From Trueperaceae bacterium (GTDB lineage Bacteria > Deinococcota > Deinococci > Deinococcales > Trueperaceae): a stretch of 64,000 nt of DNA. Where the stretch lies: the NCBI GenBank assembly GCA_034520945.1, contig JAXHNB010000005.1, forward strand, positions 320,001 through 384,000, in the 5' to 3' direction. Below, one piece after another: positions 57,655 through 64,000 of this stretch; positions within the stretch are counted from its first letter, which is position 1, and each line of letters starts with the position of its first letter. A program made the position numbers and the translations under genes. The notes beneath the pieces were generated by a model that made no database searches, had not been told where the DNA came from, and worked only from the letters and a program-made list of their open reading frames with translations.

Positions 57655-58590
57655 GTGAAGCGATCGGATCCGACCATCGGCGTGGCCCTTGGGGGCGGAA
57701 GCGCCCGCGGCTACGCGCACATCGGCGCCCTCGCCGCGTTGGAACGTCACGGCCTCGCCCCCCAGGTGGTGGCGGGGACCAGCTTCGGTGCCGTGGTCGG
57801 CGCGCTGTACGCCATGCGCCGCACGCCGGCCCAGATGGAGGCGCAGGCGGCGGCGTTGCGTCGACGCGACGTGCTGCCCCGCGTGATCGACTTCGGGCTG
57901 TTCGAGGCCGCCCTGTTTTCCGGGCAGCGGCTGGAGGCCTACTTCGATCGCCTGGTGGAGGGGCGTGCGTTCGAGGACCTGGATCGGACGCTGGTGGTGG
58001 TCGCGACCGACGCCGACACGGGTGAGCGCGTGGCGTTGCGGGAGGGGCCGCTGGCCCCGGCCCTGCGGGCGTCCGCGTCGATGCCGGGCGTGTTCGCGCC
58101 GGTGGAGCACCAGGGCCGGCGCCTGATCGACGGCGGCATCGGCACCCCCGTGCCCGTCCGGAGCCTGGACGCGTTCGCGTTGGACCTGAAGATCGGCATC
58201 GGGGCGGGCACGGACGCCGACGACTCCGGCGCCATTCGCTGGGTGGTGCGCGCCATGGAGCATCCGTGGGGCCAGGGGGTGCACCGGGCGCTGGGGCGTG
58301 GTGGGACCGGCCGGCTGGGATCGCTGGCGCGGGCCGTCGCGTGGACGATGGACGGGTACGCGGACGCGCCCATGACCGGCGCGAGCCCCGCCGTGGAGGA
58401 CGTCTCGGACATGGAGGTGCACACGCGCCCCCCGATCCATTGGCTGCGGTTCGACCGGGCCGAGGACGCGATCCGTGCGGGCGAGTCGGCGCTGGACGCC
58501 GCCGCCCCGCGCCTGCTGGCGGCCCTGCGCGACGCGGTCGCGCGGGGCGGTCCCCGCGCCGGGGCCGTCACCGTGGTCCCCGCCGGCTGA
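57655..58590 (+). CDS. Patatin-like phospholipase (RssA type)
   Basis: GGGSARG, GTSFG, ASASMPG.F.P, DGG. Confidence 0.88.
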   Translation: MKRSDPTIGVALGGGSARGYAHIGALAALERHGLAPQVVAGTSFGAVVGALYAMRRTPAQMEAQAAALRRRDVLPRVIDFGLFEAALFSGQRLEAYFDRLVEGRAFEDLDRTLVVVATDADTGERVALREGPLAPALRASASMPGVFAPVEHQGRRLIDGGIGTPVPVRSLDAFALDLKIGIGAGTDADDSGAIRWVVRAMEHPWGQGVHRALGRGGTGRLGSLARAVAWTMDGYADAPMTGASPAVEDVSDMEVHTRPPIHWLRFDRAEDAIRAGESALDAAAPRLLAALRDAVARGGPRAGAVTVVPAG

Positions 58591-58634
58591 GACCTTCGTG
58601 AGCGCCGGCGAACGCGGGCCGTCCGCGCCGGCGC

Positions 58635-62490
<3,856 letters not shown>

Positions 62491-62513
62491 CGCGCGGCCC
62501 GCGCCGCGGGGGC

Positions 62514-63485
62514 TCACACCGCCAGGACGGTGGCCAGTTCGACCAGTTGCGCGTCGATCGGCTTGACGTTCTCCCAGACCTCCTTCAGGGGGATGAAGGC
62601 GTTGCCGCGTTTGTCGATCCCCACCATCACGCCGCTGCGGCCTTGGATCAGGCCCTCGACCGCCATGAACCCCAGGCGCGAGGCCAACACGCGGTCACGG
62701 GTCGACGGGGAACCGCCCCGCTGCACGTGCCCCAGGATCGAGGTGCGGACCTCCGACGCGGTCCGCTCCTGCAGGGCGCGCTCCAACCCCATGGCGCCGC
62801 CCGGGTAGGCGCCCTCGGCGACGACGATCACGCTGGAGCTCTTGCCGCGCGCCTCCGCGGCGCGCAGCAGGTCCGCGACCTCTTTCGCGTCGTTCGTGCG
62901 CTCCGGGTACAGGATCGCTTCGGCCCCGCCCGCCACCCCGACGTTGAGGGCGATGTGGCCCGAGTTGCGCCCCATCACCTCGACGAGGAACACGCGGTCG
63001 TGGCTGGCGGCCGTGTCCCGGAGGCGGTCGACGGCGTCGAGGGCAATGTTGATGGCGGTGTTGAACCCGATCGACACGTCGGTGCCGAAGATGTCGTTGT
63101 CGATGGTGCCGGGCACGCCGATCACGGAGATGCCGTGCTCCTCGTGCAGCTTCGAGGCGCCGCGAAAGCTGCCGTCGCCGCCGATGACGATCAACCCGTC
63201 GATGTCGTGCCGCGCCATCGTCGCCGCGGCCTCGCTGCGCCCCGAGGATTCCAGGAACGGGGTGCAGCGCGCGGTGCGCAGGATGGTGCCCCCGCGCTGG
63301 ATCACGTTGGCCACGCTGCGGGGACCCAACTCGTGGACGTCGTCGTCCAGCAGGCCCTGGAAGCCGCGGTACACGCCGGACACCCGGAGGCCACGCGTCA
63401 CGGAGGTGCGGACCACGGCGCGGATCGCGGCGTTCATGCCTGGGGCGTCGCCCCCGCTGGTGAGTACGGCCACGTGGTTCATCAC
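62514..63485 (-). CDS. pfkA: ATP-dependent 6-phosphofructokinase
   Basis: TSGGDAPGMN, GGDGS, PGTIDND, EVMGR, LGHVQRGG. Confidence 0.96.
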   Translation of the reverse strand: MMNHVAVLTSGGDAPGMNAAIRAVVRTSVTRGLRVSGVYRGFQGLLDDDVHELGPRSVANVIQRGGTILRTARCTPFLESSGRSEAAATMARHDIDGLIVIGGDGSFRGASKLHEEHGISVIGVPGTIDNDIFGTDVSIGFNTAINIALDAVDRLRDTAASHDRVFLVEVMGRNSGHIALNVGVAGGAEAILYPERTNDAKEVADLLRAAEARGKSSSVIVVAEGAYPGGAMGLERALQERTASEVRTSILGHVQRGGSPSTRDRVLASRLGFMAVEGLIQGRSGVMVGIDKRGNAFIPLKEVWENVKPIDAQLVELATVLAV

Positions 63486-63565
63486 CGGCGCAGTATAGCC
63501 ACGCGGGGCGCGTTCGGCGGGGCGTCCGTCCCGGCAGGCCTTGGCGCGAGATGCAATGATGCCGC

Positions 63566-64000
63566 ATGCACTTCGTCAGTCTTACCGACCACACGCCTGG
63601 GGAGCACCGCGTGGCGCTGACGCCGAACGCCGCGGCGCGCCTGGTCGACCTCGGGGCCACGGTGCGCCTCGAGGCCGGCTACGGGGGGCGCAGCTTCTTT
63701 GATGACGCCTCCTACCGCGACGCCGGCGTCGACTTCGCGCCGCGCGAGACGTTGCTGCGCGAAGCGGACGTCTTGCTGACCCTGAACCCGCCGGATCCGG
63801 ACGACCTCGCGATGATGCCCGAGGGTGCGACCGTGATCGGCCTCATGGATCCGTTTCGGCGCACGGACGTGGTCCGCGCGCTGGTGGCGCGGAAGCTGGC
63901 CGGCATCTGCATGGAGTTGATCCCGCGCAGCACCTACGCCCAGAAGATGGACGTGCTGTCCAGCCAGGCGAGCCTGGCGGGCTACGCGGCGGTGCTTCGG
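63566..64000 (+). CDS. pntA: NAD(P) transhydrogenase subunit alpha (partial, runs off the window)
   Basis: Not in the ORF track; my translation gives MHFVSL..GEHRVALTP...EAGYG...MELIPR...AQKMDVLSSQASLAGY. Confidence 0.85.
   Translation, partial: MHFVSLTDHTPGEHRVALTPNAAARLVDLGATVRLEAGYGGRSFFDDASYRDAGVDFAPRETLLREADVLLTLNPPDPDDLAMMPEGATVIGLMDPFRRTDVVRALVARKLAGICMELIPRSTYAQKMDVLSSQASLAGYAAVLR

Overview
This is a core-chromosome segment from a very GC-rich bacterium. It is most consistent with Deinococcota (Truepera/Thermus-like), based on a Thermus-type V/A-ATPase with a signal-peptide-bearing K subunit, DivIVA together with a BamA/Omp85, CarD, a stand-alone gatC, and pervasive leaderless genes. 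About 55 densely packed genes are present: sufS-sufU, punA-yggS-divIVA, bamA-like, ychF, hom-thrC, carD-rsmA, pfkB-S41-MBL, osmC, an ABC exporter, acetoacetate-CoA ligase, ruvB-DUF4388, MATE, purU, a PRTase plus a GghA-like GH13, dnaG, the full V/A-ATPase operon, an aapJQMP amino-acid ABC system, pilT/U, DUF3108-folC, serS, gatC, a cell-envelope/metal cluster, patatin, arginase, zwf, tyrS, pfkA and a truncated pntA. I saw no tRNA, rRNA, CRISPR array or mobile element. The most notable items are: (1) a five-gene, translationally coupled unit with its own promoter (YtkA/FixH lipoprotein - FixG/NapH-like polyferredoxin - M15 peptidase - second YtkA-like protein - DUF554), possibly an undescribed copper/redox-envelope module; (2) an AapQ permease with a ~200-aa acidic extracytoplasmic insert carrying two Dx[DN]xDG Ca2+-type motifs; (3) a DUF4388/MshEN-like/pseudo-receiver protein coupled to ruvB; (4) an orphan glucosylglycerol-hydrolase-like gene; (5) a structured V-ATPase leader; and (6) about 16 genes with a -10 box 5-7 nt before the start codon. 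All family calls come from motif recognition by eye, not from database searches.
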